The notes beneath the pieces are model-generated. The model was not told where the DNA came from, did no database searches, and saw nothing but the letters and a program-made list of their open reading frames with translations. This document shows, one piece after another, positions 43,401 through 55,416 of a DNA stretch of 64,000 bases; position 1 is the first letter of the stretch, and every line of letters begins with the position of its first letter. This DNA comes from Proteromonas lacertae. Its lineage: Eukaryota. The DNA is taken from NCBI GenBank assembly GCA_002245135.1, contig NGBS01001190.1:1-64000 (forward strand), read 5' to 3'. The position numbers were made by a program, and so were the translations under genes.

Positions 43401-45600
43401 AAAAAGATATGAAATGACCAATAAAATCTATAGACATGAAAAAAGAATCATTATTATAAGCATTTTGAGGTAAATGTAACATACTACAAATTGAATAATC
43501 TGATAATTCAATCAAATACAACTCCTTATTCTGTAATATAGTGTATAATTTCATATTTAGAGTAACACAAGATGCAATTGGAGAGAATGGCAAATATATT
43601 TGTTTCAATTCTTCAACCACTAATTCATCTCCTTCTTCTTTATTCCACCCTGAAATTATAACTGAAAACTTTGTTTCTTGTTTATATGAGATGATAAATG
43701 ACTCTTTTTCTAATTTTCCTTCTTCTATTGGATTTTCTAAAAATTCTCCATATAGTTGATTCACAATTGAATAAACTGGAAACCATACACTTCTACTGTT
43801 ATGATAGATATCAAGCAATAAACAATAATTCTGTACAGTGAAAAGAGCAAACAATTCATCGTAAGTCACTTCAAAATGATAAAAATACAACGAATCTTGT
43901 GCTATAAAATATAACTGGATATAATAATACAAATATTATCAGGTTTTCCACATATATCTATCAAATCGATAATAACAACCATTTCTCCAGTTTCAATTTC
44001 ATATATCCAAAATATTCCATTATTACTACATAAATATATATAATTACCCAATTCTCCACAAGCCATCCATGTAATATTCATTTTCCTTATATGTGCTGAT
44101 GTTTCATTATCTAAATCAATACATAAAGGACTCTATATAGAATAACAAAAACATAAATAAATTGAATAAGATACATATTGAAATTTATTAATTATTCCAT
44201 CATTTGTAATTGATACATTATTGTATGCAATTGTACTATAAATTGTATTGATTATATCAACTATAAACTTTGGTTTATGACTAAACATATTGTTATCATC
44301 ACTATTTGAATTGGTAATTTCAACAGTCCAATATATTAAACTTTGATCCATATTATATGTAATTAAATACTCAATTCCATTTGATTCACAAAATAATCCA
44401 GCATTAGTAAATTCACCAAAATGACATACTAATGATTGAACAATTTCCCATGTTTCAAGGTTGTATATTGATATAATATGATCTGAATATCTTACACACA
44501 GATTTGTTGTATTTGAATATTGTATTGATGTAATTGGAAATCCTTTTGTATCAGTTAATTTTGAATTATTATCTTTATTTCTAATACTAAATGGATAGTG
44601 ATTTGCATTAATCCAACCTTTATCCTTTTGATTATATATCAACAAATCACCATCATTAAGACCAACCACTATTACATTTGCTTCAACCAATAGACAAGAA
44701 GTCATTATTCGATAATCACATTTTGGTAAACCAATTCGGAGCAGCATCTTTTAAGTTTCCTTCACTATCTAAAAACAGTAAACTTCCACAATAAGAAACT
44801 TGAGCTTGTTCAATCTTTCCACCATAAAACTGAGATAAGCATATTATTTGATTTAAATCGGCACTATCACTGTATGCTAATTAATATTTCCTTTTCAATT
44901 AAACAGTATTTCTGTGTAGGTATGACTTTCTGTTGAATTAAAGTATAAGATTCATAAAATTGGTAAATTATTATTGACTTAGGAAATGCTATTATTATTG
45001 TTGTATTATCATTACAAAAACATAGCGATGGTGGGATTATTTTGGTAGGAAACATCAGTTAACTCATTATAATCATTAATATTTACATCTTCAGTGGATG
45101 CTAGCACTTTCAATTGAGGGTTTGAACACCAAATTGACAGTGTATATGACTGTTCATTATTCTGTAAAAATCCGATAAATCCTTCTGCAGATGAACTCAA
45201 TGCAATATTTGATAATGTATATGTATCTTCAATACGTGTGTACTGAGTTACTTTTGGTGGATTTATATCTATTGACCAAACACAAATCGAATTTCTATCA
45301 CAAGATATTAATTTGGTTGAAGATGAATTAAATTCTAATGATTGGATAAAACTCATATGTTGAGATAAATATTTGAATGTGTCAGACTTCCAATCCCATA
45401 ATACAACAGTAGATCCACATGAATATGCTATTAAACTCTAAAATAAATGACCATTAATATACAGTATCAAAAGAACAAGCGATTGCATTCTTTCCAGTAA
45501 AACCAATAACATTAGTTAAACAGAAATTGTTTTCATGAGCATTTTCTATTTCATTAATGCGCCACTACAGATATTATATTTTACAAAATACTTTATTCAT
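40406..45600 (-). CDS. Multi-propeller WD40 protein (WDR90/CFAP52-like N-terminus) with long Ser/Pro/Asn-rich tail; two U12-type introns and several +1 breaks
   Basis: NVIGFTG, IAYSCGSTVVLWD, HMSFIQSLEF..KLISCD..ICVWS, ISIYNLETW, GGIYIYDL blades. Confidence 0.65.
42287..42540 (-). repeat. Coding tandem repeat, 54 bp (18 aa) x about 4.7
   Basis: AAGGTCTAGC recurs every 54 nt (42291, 42345, 42399, 42453, 42507). Peptide SARPLED(L/F)PKRSYRDE(G/E)L. Confidence 0.95.
43105..43165 (-). other. Putative U12-type intron, AT-AA ends (61 nt)
   Basis: 5' ATATCTTTT, branch point TATCTTAAT 8 nt before the end. Removal joins ERFTILKGD|GGIYIYDLK. The unspliced frame hits a stop. Confidence 0.6.
43353..43410 (-). 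other. Putative U12-type intron, AT-AT ends (58 nt)
   Basis: 5' ATATCTTTT, branch point TTTCTTAAT 9 nt before the end. Removal joins SIDFIGHF|LALYLY..NIYVYE. No AC or AG lies at branch-compatible distance. Confidence 0.7.
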
Positions 45601-45688
45601 TGAAAACTTGTGAAAAACAAAAATTTAAAAATGATAAAACGACTTTATTTTTATAAACACTGACTTTATTTTTCTTTTTTCTTCTATA

Positions 45689-46243
45689 ATGGGTTGTGAA
45701 AATTCTAAATCTACAGATGTAGCTGATTCATCTTATGAGTACAATAGTAATCCGTAACAGACAAGAACAATATGCTTATGAAGGAACATTTGTTGAAGAT
45801 CCACCCCAACAGAGAAATCAACAGAGACCTCCTCAATCAAGGAACGGTGGACATAAACTTGGCGGACAGCCAGTTCAAAAAGGTATAAGAATTAGAGAAA
45901 TAAACAAGTTTAGGTAGTAGTGAGGAAGAAAGACAGAAAAGACTAAAAGCAATAGAAGATCGAATGAATAAAGATGTTTTTAACAAGGCAAAACCAAGTA
46001 TTCATTTATTTTTTAAAGTATTTAGTGAAACAACAATCAGATGAGAATAAGAGACAAGAATTAATAGGTAAAGTATATTTTTATATTGTGATATTTGTAG
46101 ATTGAATCTGGTTACCAACAATTACATCAAGATCCACCATTTGGCTTAAGAGCTGCAACATTGGATGCATTAGCAAGCACAATGGACATATGTTCAGAAT
46201 GAGATAGATATACAAAGAAGAGAATTACAGAAAAATTAGATAG
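45689..46243 (+). CDS. Small dually acylated membrane-associated protein (SVIP-like)
   Basis: N-terminus MGCENSKS fits myristoylation plus palmitoylation. Also GHKLGG, EERQKRLKAIEDR, DPPFGLRAA. Three introns, extra C at about 45752. 3' end uncertain. Confidence 0.55.
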
Positions 46244-46286
46244 TTTTTTTTAATTAATTTTCTATTATTTATTCTTATATTAGTAC

Positions 46287-47903
46287 TTAACCTTGTTGAA
46301 AATTGGATGGAATATAAGATATGATTATAAATGCATCAATACCTGGCTTATTGAACATTTCAATAAATTCATTAAGATAAGAAGGAAAATTACTATAATC
46401 ATATATTATAAATAAATATACTCTCTACCAATGTTTTGTATTAAATAAAACGAATAATTATTAATCTGGTAAAATCCAACTGCTTTATAGACATTCAACA
46501 TTTGACAAAACTCATTAAACTTACTATCACAATCACTATTATTGATTGAATATATTGAGGTATTAAATAAATTCCAACTTTTGATATGTTTTTCAAAATT
46601 ACTATCTAATGAAATTGCATTTTCAAATCTTAGTTTTAAATCGTTTAAAATTGATAATAGCTGTTTCTTAAGTGTATATAATCCAAATATATATCTCAAT
46701 TTAACATTGAAAAAGGTTGAACTATCTTTATATATTTGTATATCTATTAGATCATTTTCTATATAATTGATTTCATTTGATTCATTAACTATTAAGCGAT
46801 ATTCTACATTCATATCAGCTTTGTCATCTTTGCTTTTGTTGCTTTAGATGATTCTTCTGCTTTATCTTTTGAAGCTATTGATGAAGGAGGAAGAGACAAT
46901 ACTGAAGGTGATGAACTATTAGTATCTGTCAACAAATGTAAATCTATATCTAAATCTAATATTTCATTATCGCTATTATTATTATTATTATTTCCAATTA
47001 AATCTGGTGTTAATGTTAAACCATGATCATTATTTCCTATTTTTATATCTTTTATTTCTTTATTATCATTATCACTTCCACTTGTTTCATCTTCTATTTC
47101 AAATATATCTATAGAAGTTTCATTGTCTTTCTTTTGTGATTCATCTCTTTCTTTTACAGATTGATTGCCATCAACTGTTTCTTTTGTTGATTCTGTTACA
47201 GCTGTTGCTGTTGCTGCTTCTGTTACTTTCTCTGTTATTCCTTTTGTTGAAGTGTTTGTGTTTGTTTTTTCTTCTATTGCTCCACTCTTTGATCGTTTTG
47301 ATTTTTCTTTATCTTCATTATTGCTTGATGTTGATTTTCTTTTCTGTTTCTTTGCATCTTTTTCTTCTACTACAAATGATTGTGGAGCATCTACGTGTAG
47401 ATTCTTAAAATATTCAGCAGTTTCTATAGTGAGAAAATAAATAATAATAAAATACGAAATTTATGTGTTGGACATAAAAATATACGTGATGCAGTTGAAG
47501 TTATCTTTTTAGGTTCTAATACTAGACCTTTATGTTTTTGAATACAAGGATAATGATATGAAGAACGACATCTATTTTATATATAACTCTTGATAAAAAA
47601 TACGATGTTTCATTACAACCTATAGATGCACCTTTCATACCGCAAAACCTGCATTTCAGTTTTCTTGACCTAAGTATTGACAATTTAATTTCATCTTTGT
47701 TAGTAGGGACATCTGGACATTTCCAAAACTCCCCAGACCATAATACACATTTGCGATGGTAATAGCAATTTGGATCAATGTCTAGTTTCCTATTTCTAAA
47801 AATGTGAGTTGTTGAGTTTATACTTTATTAAAATAGGGCCTAGTAATGGTCCTAAATTGTTTGCATACGCTGCACCATTACAATATGCACAGCTGAGCGA
47901 CAT
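46287..47903 (-). CDS. Extended PHD (HC5HC2H-type) chromatin protein, possible C-terminal SPOC-like domain
   Basis: CAYC..GPLLGP..YHRKCVLWS..LKCRFCGMKGASIGC..CRSSYHYPC..LCPTH. The join to ORF 46406-46813 needs a +1 at about 46844. Confidence 0.7.
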
Positions 47904-47971
47904 TTTTGCTTTTATAGAAAAATTGGAACAAGCCTAATTCAAGTATTATTTCAATTTCATTTTGAATAATC

Positions 47972-48343
47972 ATGTCTAATTCTTCAGATAAAATTGATTT
48001 GAACTCATTAATTAATTCATGGATTAGTGAGAATGATACTGAACATATTTTATTAGATAATTCAAAAGAAGAAAAACAAGAATTTATTCCAAGACCTTCT
48101 AGGTTGGGATTAGGAGCTAAATATGTTCCTCATTCGGATGTATAAACAACATATAATATATTTATATCATAGTTGGAAGCTAAAAAGAATAGTAAATTGT
48201 TTAAAAGAATAAAAAATGATAAACGAAAAAGAAGAAATGATGATGAGAAAATCAGAAAGACAACTTATGAAGAATATGATGAAGAATCTGTTTCTAAAGG
48301 AGATCAGTTTTCAAAATCAAAGAAACTTAAAACCAAACCATAA
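47972..48343 (+). CDS. Small basic protein with RPxRLGLGA motif (DUF3245-like)
   Basis: MSNSSD..FIPRPSRLGLGAKYVPHSD|LEAK.., one GT-AG intron. Confidence 0.65.
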
Positions 48344-48426
48344 TAGCAAACATAATATATTTATTCGTCGTATGTTAAACAATAAAATACACCAAATGTT
48401 AATAATAATGAATCTTAATTAATTAA

Positions 48427-50337
48427 TTATAATTGTATTTTTTCTGGTGAAATAATATCATAAAGAGCAGTAGATTTTGGAACATATTCTGGAGGAATTG
48501 TCATAAAATGAGATAAAATATCTAAATACTCTTTACATAAATGATAATATGGAGATTCAACTGAAGTTTTTCTAAATATTGGTTCTAAATACACTTTCAA
48601 TACTCCTAATTCATAAGCAACACTAATATTAATGATATTAACATTAGATTGTATAGTTTCTGCATAATTTAAATAACTTCTCTGTTTAGCCCAATATTTA
48701 TATATGTCACTAAATGAATGAAAACCACACTTTGACATTTTTACAATAAATCTAAAGAGTTGAACTGTTGTAGTTGACACAAGTGCATTTTCATGAAGTT
48801 TATACTATTATTATATATAATATATATATATATATACTGGTGTAATATGTGTTAAATATATTTTACAAACTGAATTTTCATCAACATTATTGGTTAAATC
48901 AATAGTTAATGAATCATGACCATATACTATCAATATCCTATCATTAATAGAATAATTATGGTTATTTATTGTTAATATATCACCTTTTACTAGATTATTC
49001 ATATCGTTGGAGAGTTTATCAATTACTACACCATCTTTCTAATATATAAAATATAAAAATAAAAATTATACATCTTCATATAATTGAGTTGATAATAACA
49101 ATGGAACATCTTTTGTAGCAGCAATCTATATATATATAATAATAATAAATACATAATTCTTAACAAAATCTGCAACTGATTTATCTCCTTCTGATCCTAT
49201 ATCTGATTGTATTAAAATCACTTTAATTGTCTCTAAATCTAAGCATTCAATCACTTGCTGTACTGACTGAGTTATTCGATACTCTTCTAATGATATTAAA
49301 CTGGTATAATCTTGATATAATATATCATTTATTTGACCTAAGCATTCTAAACGTTGATTGGCTCTTATTGCATTATCTTCAGTTAGAGTATTGTGGTATA
49401 AATCAATATTTAATAAAGTTGTTGGTTTTGGATTACTATTAAATAGAATTAAATAAAAGTTATATATATATTTATATACTCACTTATTGTTATTAAAATT
49501 CCTTCTAAATATTTCAATATTTGAAACTTCTTTAATTGTCCTGTTGATGATACTATTGGCATTGTATTTAATGTATAATAAACAGTATTACTACTATCAT
49601 CTAATACGATACTATATAGCAAAACTTCGATTTCATTTATTGAATTAATATAATCCACTGAAAAATTTCGAATTGTACCTTCTTTCATTAGGTTTAATGC
49701 TTCTTCTTTGGTCTTTGATACTACTTTGAATGATACATTTTTCTCTATTAAGTCATTTACTAATTTTAATAAATCATCAAAATCTTCATCTCCTAATTCC
49801 ACTTTTTCTTCTTTTTGACCTGGTGCTTTGACATAACAATATATAGAAGAACCATCTGAATATCCACTTCTTAAACAACCTAATCCTAGCTGATTGATAA
49901 ATCCACTTAATATAAATAATAATGAATTTAATATTGCATCTGCATTTATTGTAAATATACCGAAATTGGCTATTATTGATAAAGAACGATCATTTACTAA
50001 GGTGATTGTGTTATTTTTCATCATCTCTTTGTCATTAGGATCTCTATGAGATGGTGGTGGTTCATTCCAATCTCTTGTTGTTCTTCTATGTAATTCGTTT
50101 CATTAAACTAATAAAAATACGGTTGAGGTGAATCAGTTCTTTTACGTTTAGCAGGATTTCTATTAATAAATTATTAATCTTCAATTTTACCTTATTGTAT
50201 CACGATCTAATGGTTTTAACTCGTTCTAGTGAAAAATAACTTGAGAAAAATACAACTCCATGAGCAAATCTGCAATTATTACCATTTGTACATTTTCCTG
50301 TTGCTTCAAAATATGTACATAGTCTAGTCTTGTACAT
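48427..50337 (-). CDS. CCCH zinc finger + ThrRS N2-like domain + degenerate uridine-kinase fold; 7 introns
   Basis: MYKTRLCTYFEATGKCTNGNNCRFAHG, then PIVSSTGQLKKFQILKYLEGILI, TTTVQLFRFIV, AYELGVLKVYLEPIF, VPKSTALYDII. The 5' exons splice in frame into ORF 49449-50024. Confidence 0.8.
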
Positions 50338-50357
50338 ATAATTAGAAAAACAAAAAA

Positions 50358-51558
50358 ATGATTAAAATTGATTATTCAAAATTTTCATTAAAATTACCAG
50401 TTTATAAAAAATCTGGTTATCCAAAAATGTTTTCAATGAATTATTTTTTTGTATTTTTCTTAATTATTTGTATATTATATGCGAATTATATTGCAAGAAA
50501 GAAAAATATATTCAATAATTCGGTTATTAGAAGAAATTTTGTAATGTCTTCCATATTTAGCGATCATATGGTTCTTCAAGTATTTATAGATGTTTAATAT
50601 ATAGAGTGCACCAATTAGTGCAAATATTTTGGGTAAAGCGTTTCCATATTCATCAATAGCGTTAAAGATGGATAAAGTAGAATTAAGAATAAAAACTGAT
50701 AAAAATGGGTATAAATAAAAATTATGTGTATAGAATATGGAAGTTTCAATTGCATCCAATAGAATCATTAAATATTTCTACTGATATTGTAACTACAAAT
50801 GTGGATAATAAAGAAGTGATAAAACTGAATGATATATTATTCGGAGATGTATATGTGTGTTCAAATAAAGAATTTGGTATGAAAATACTCATTCTACAGA
50901 TAAAGAATTTGGATTTGGATTTGTTCAAATATCAGGTCATTGTGTTTGGACGAAATGTAAAAAACCAGAAAGTATTGTTTCTTTTTAAGGTGTTCATTAA
51001 GATTAGCTCAAACTAGATATTATGGTTATTCACCAAATCCAGTACAAAGTAATACATTTATGGCAGTTTCGTATTTATATAACCATTATTATTATTGAAT
51101 AGTTTGGATTTAATGGAATCACATCATGCTGGATGGAGATTATCATCCAATCTATAAATATGATGTTGGCTTTAAGATTGAGTTATGGTGCTTTAAACTT
51201 TATATATAACATTCCAACTCAATATAGTGCTCCTATTTATTCTTCTTGTAAAATAAGTGATAATAAGATAATGTTGTACTTTAATACATCAATAATTCAT
51301 ACTATGGATGATGAATTACATTTGATTGATAAATATGGATTTGAAGAATATGATGGAAAATGGAAAACAATAGAAATTGATAATGTACTAAAGAATCACA
51401 CTTTTTCAAATAGCATTAGAAATGTTACTGCAATTAGATATTTATATGGTGATAATCCATATTGTAGAGAAATATATCAAGATTTAAATGTGATTTGTGA
51501 GATAAAGAAATGTCCTTTCTATGGTAAATCATCATATCTTCCTGTTGCTCATTTTTAG
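50358..51558 (+). pseudogene. Sialate O-acetylesterase (SIAE-like), internally deleted and frameshifted
   Basis: N-terminal TM segment, SSIFSDHMVLQ, LNDILFGDVYVCS. It then jumps out of frame to WYEN..FGFGFVQI, so the GQSN motif is absent. GDYHPIYK is retained. Confidence 0.7.
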
Positions 51559-52102
51559 TATTTATAGAAAATAATTCTTGCGTATATAATGTAACTAAGT
51601 TGAAGTATTTTAGTTTATTTTAGAATAATTGATATTTAATTGATGTTTAGTTATTAAGTTGTAGTGATAATTTTAATATAATATTTATTTATTCAGATGT
51701 GTATATTTTGATTAGATTGATAATTTTTTTGAATTTTATTCTTTTTGGATGATAATAAAATTAATTAACTCTCATCATTCACACGTATTGAACTACAAGT
51801 TAAATCTTGAAATTATCTCTCTTACTATTATATGAATATCCAATTACATCAACACATATTAAATATCATCTACATCATGTTTATATTACATTTCATTATC
51901 AATAACACTAACTAACACTAAAAAACACTATTCATCATTTATATTATCACATCATATGCAATGTACATTAATAAATCACAATTGAGTATTATTGTCTTTA
52001 TCACACCTTCTGCAATTGAATTAAATCACATTTTAATTTTTGGGTTATTCAAAATTTTGATAAAAATCAATTTCGTTATTTTTGTTATATATTTACATAA
52101 AG

Positions 52103-54239
52103 ATGATAATAAAAGTGAATAAACGCATAAGAGAAGAGGGGTATATTTATATATTTATTTTTATGATAGATTATGTCGAAAATTGGTCGAAAGTGGTTTT
52201 GGTGATATAGAAGTGAAGATTGGAGATAGTCGAATAATGTCAATCAAATCAATTTTAGTGAATGGAAATGAAACAGTAAAGAAACTGTTGTTAGATGGTG
52301 AGTTTGTTGGAGTTTTAGAGTTATATGAAGAAATAGAAGAAATTGGCTATTATGAGATGGAGAAATACTACAGTGGTGGTGAACTGATAATCTGTAAAGA
52401 GAGTGTGTGTGAAGTGTTGATGTTTTGTTTATGTTATTGTGAAAAAGAGATAATAAATGATTGTTATGAATTTATGAAGAATAATATAGATGATGAAGTA
52501 TTAATGAAATTAATACATATATGTAATGTATTTCCAGGATGTTTAAGAGAGATAGAAGACTTGAAAAATATGGAAATAGAAAAGCGAGGATATAAATATT
52601 TATATAAGAATGAATATTTGTTGAGATTAGAAATGAATAATTTGATAGAGATATTAAATATGAGAGATGTGATAATTCGAAGTGAGTTATGGTTATTAAA
52701 TCGCTTATTAGAATGGTATAAATTCCAAAAGAGTAATTATGATAATAAAGAGTTAAAAGATGATTTTAAACAATTGATAGAAGAAGATATCGATTGTAGA
52801 AAAGATAAAAGAGAAAGAGATAGAAAAAGAGAATAAAGAAATGTTGAAAGAAATGAAAATAGAATTAAAGAAAAATGAATGTAAAAATCACATAGAAATA
52901 TATTTAATAAAAGATGAGAGAATTCAAAATGTAATAATCAACAAATACAATGAAGATAATAATGAAGAAGAAGTATTTAATGAGGAAGAAAAAGGAATAT
53001 TGGATAGAATGGAAAGAAGAAGAATTGAATGATGAAATATTGTGTATATTAGAAATGGATAATATAAAAATGATGGAAATAGTATTGATGATAATGAAAT
53101 ATAAAAATATGAAAAAGGAAGTATAAATACTAAAAATATATTTAAATAGAATATATCTCAAATACAGAAAAGAGAAATCTATTGGAAAGATTATGTATAG
53201 AATATAATGAGAATAAAAGAAATCGAACAATGAAATGTTTGTGTTTGTTTGTTGATGATAGAAAGAGATATTTCAATAATAGAAGAAGTATGTGGAAAAG
53301 AGATTCTTTTTAGAATATTGAATGAAGATAATTATTTAAATTCCAAATCCAAAGAAATATTAATAGAATATATAAAAGAGAATAAATTGAGTTTAAAAGA
53401 AGAAGAAGAAATGATAGAAATAATGAAAGATAAAGAATTATTGAAAGAATTAAAACAAAAGAAATCACATCATTTTCATATCCTCAATCAGAATATTCAT
53501 TTGAAATAAATGAAGAAATATCAATAATTCCTTCTTTTGATGGAAATCGATGTGAATTTTCAATCAATCCTTCATTAGTTGATGGTTTAATGATAGATAA
53601 AGAAAATGGAATAATACATGGAAAAGTTGATAAAGATATAGAAAAGAGAGAATATGAAATAACCTGTAAGAATATTGTAAATGAAAAGAAATTCAAAATA
53701 TCATTAGAATTTATTGATATAAAATTCACAGAATTAAACAAAAGTGGAGGAATATCAATCTCAAATAATGGAAAAATAATAACAAATGCAAATACAATTA
53801 ATGGTTGGAATCACTGTTATTTGGATTTGAAAATGGAAAATGGAATTTATCATATCAAATATCAATTACATCAAAATGGAAGTGAAGGTGATTGTATGAT
53901 GTTAGGTTTATCAACTAATAATACATATTCTGGTGGTGATATTTATTATCAATCAACAACATGTAATTATTGGCATGGAATGGTAAAAGTCAAGATATTA
54001 CTAAAGATTGTCATATTGGAACAGTTGTTAATTCAAATCCAAATTTCAATAATTGTGGAGATGGTTCAATTTATGAAGTGATTGTTGATATGAATGAAAA
54101 AGAATTTTAGATTAGTCATAATGATTCAGATCCTGTTTTACTTGTTGAAGATTTACCTTCTCGATTATATGCATATGCTATGCCAGCTGTACAAAACACT
54201 TCAGTTGAATTATTATCAGTTTCTCACCAATTAAATTAG
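52103..54239 (+). pseudogene. BTB/BACK-like + putative Ig (He_PIG-like) + SPRY-like multicopy-family protein, disrupted
   Basis: GDIEVKIG..MEKYYSGGEL (BTB-like), SELWLLNRLLEWY (BACK-like), FSINPSLVDGLMIDKENGIIHGK (He_PIG-like), ISISNNGK..MLGL..EVIVDM (SPRY-like). At least 5 frame breaks and an in-frame TAG at about 54108. Confidence 0.6.
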
Positions 54240-54591
54240 GTAACATGAACATTTGTAACATTTACGTTCTATATAATGTATTGTTGTTTATATTTAATCT
54301 AAAACAATGAAAATATAAAAATAGCTCGAATTACTCTTTTTAAGGCTTGATTCTCATTTTTATAAAAATCAAAATAAAAAGTGATGTAGTAAGATTTATA
54401 TGTAATTGACCTTATGATAGTTATAATGAATAGTACTGATTATAATAGAGTGAATTAAAAAAGGCATTCCAACAGATAACCATTTTTGTGTATTTGAAGT
54501 ATTTAATGTTATTTATCATGTTGTTGTAAATCATATTTCACATTATTTCTATTAAAACTCAATTATCCATTAATTCCAAGAATAGTTAAAT

Positions 54592-55173
54592 ATGAAAAAG
54601 AAAAAACATTCTATAAGGAATGTTCCAATAAACAGTTATTCCTTATTCACTGCAATTGGTGAAAATTTGAAATATGAATGTAAAGAAATATTACCATCTG
54701 GATTATTATTATTAGAATCAAGTGGAGTGATAGTTGGAACAGCAAATAGAAAAATGGAGAAGAGAGAGTATGAATTTGTTGTATCAAATGAGAATGGATC
54801 TGATTCAATAACAATATCAATAGAAATTGATTTAATGTATTGTAACAATGATAATAAATGGTCAAAATGTGAAGTGTTGAATAAATGCTATATAGAATGT
54901 GAAGGAATAAAGAATGGAAATTATGAAAGAGAATGTGATTTAAACAAGAACAATGAAGCTGAATGGCTAGAAGAGATAAATGGTTGTAAAATTAATACAA
55001 CTGTGTTAATTGCCATTATAATACCATGTGTGTTATGTTTGATATTACTGTCATTGATAATAGTGTTTATCATTTATAGAAGAAATGCTGTTTTAAGAGT
55101 GAATGAAGATAAAAAGAAGAGTTTAGATGGAAGAATAAATGCAAATACTGATAATCATCCTGTTTTACTTTAA
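54592..55173 (+). CDS. 5'-truncated surface-protein fragment: putative Ig domain + Cys-rich module + TM + short tail
   Basis: LPSGLLLLESSGVIVGT..VVSNENGS, YC..W..C..C..GNYERECD, TM segment VLIAIIIPCVLCLILLSLIIVFIIY followed by RR. No signal peptide. Confidence 0.6.
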   Translation: MKKKKHSIRNVPINSYSLFTAIGENLKYECKEILPSGLLLLESSGVIVGTANRKMEKREYEFVVSNENGSDSITISIEIDLMYCNNDNKWSKCEVLNKCYIECEGIKNGNYERECDLNKNNEAEWLEEINGCKINTTVLIAIIIPCVLCLILLSLIIVFIIYRRNAVLRVNEDKKKSLDGRINANTDNHPVLL

Positions 55174-55416
55174 ATAGAAGTATATCGTTGTTGTTAAAGA
55201 ATTATTGTTGTTATTTTGGTGAGAAATAAAAGAGAAATGATACTTCAAATAGAAAGTGTTTTATAATTCTAAAATTATTGGAAATTCTTTCGAAATATCT
55301 ATTCTTTTCTTTCCACTGAGTTATATTGTTTCTAGCATAAGGAAAATCTTTCTAAGAATGATTTTAATTTGTTTTTTTCTTATAAACAAATCCAATAAAA
55401 GAAAAAAATACAACGA

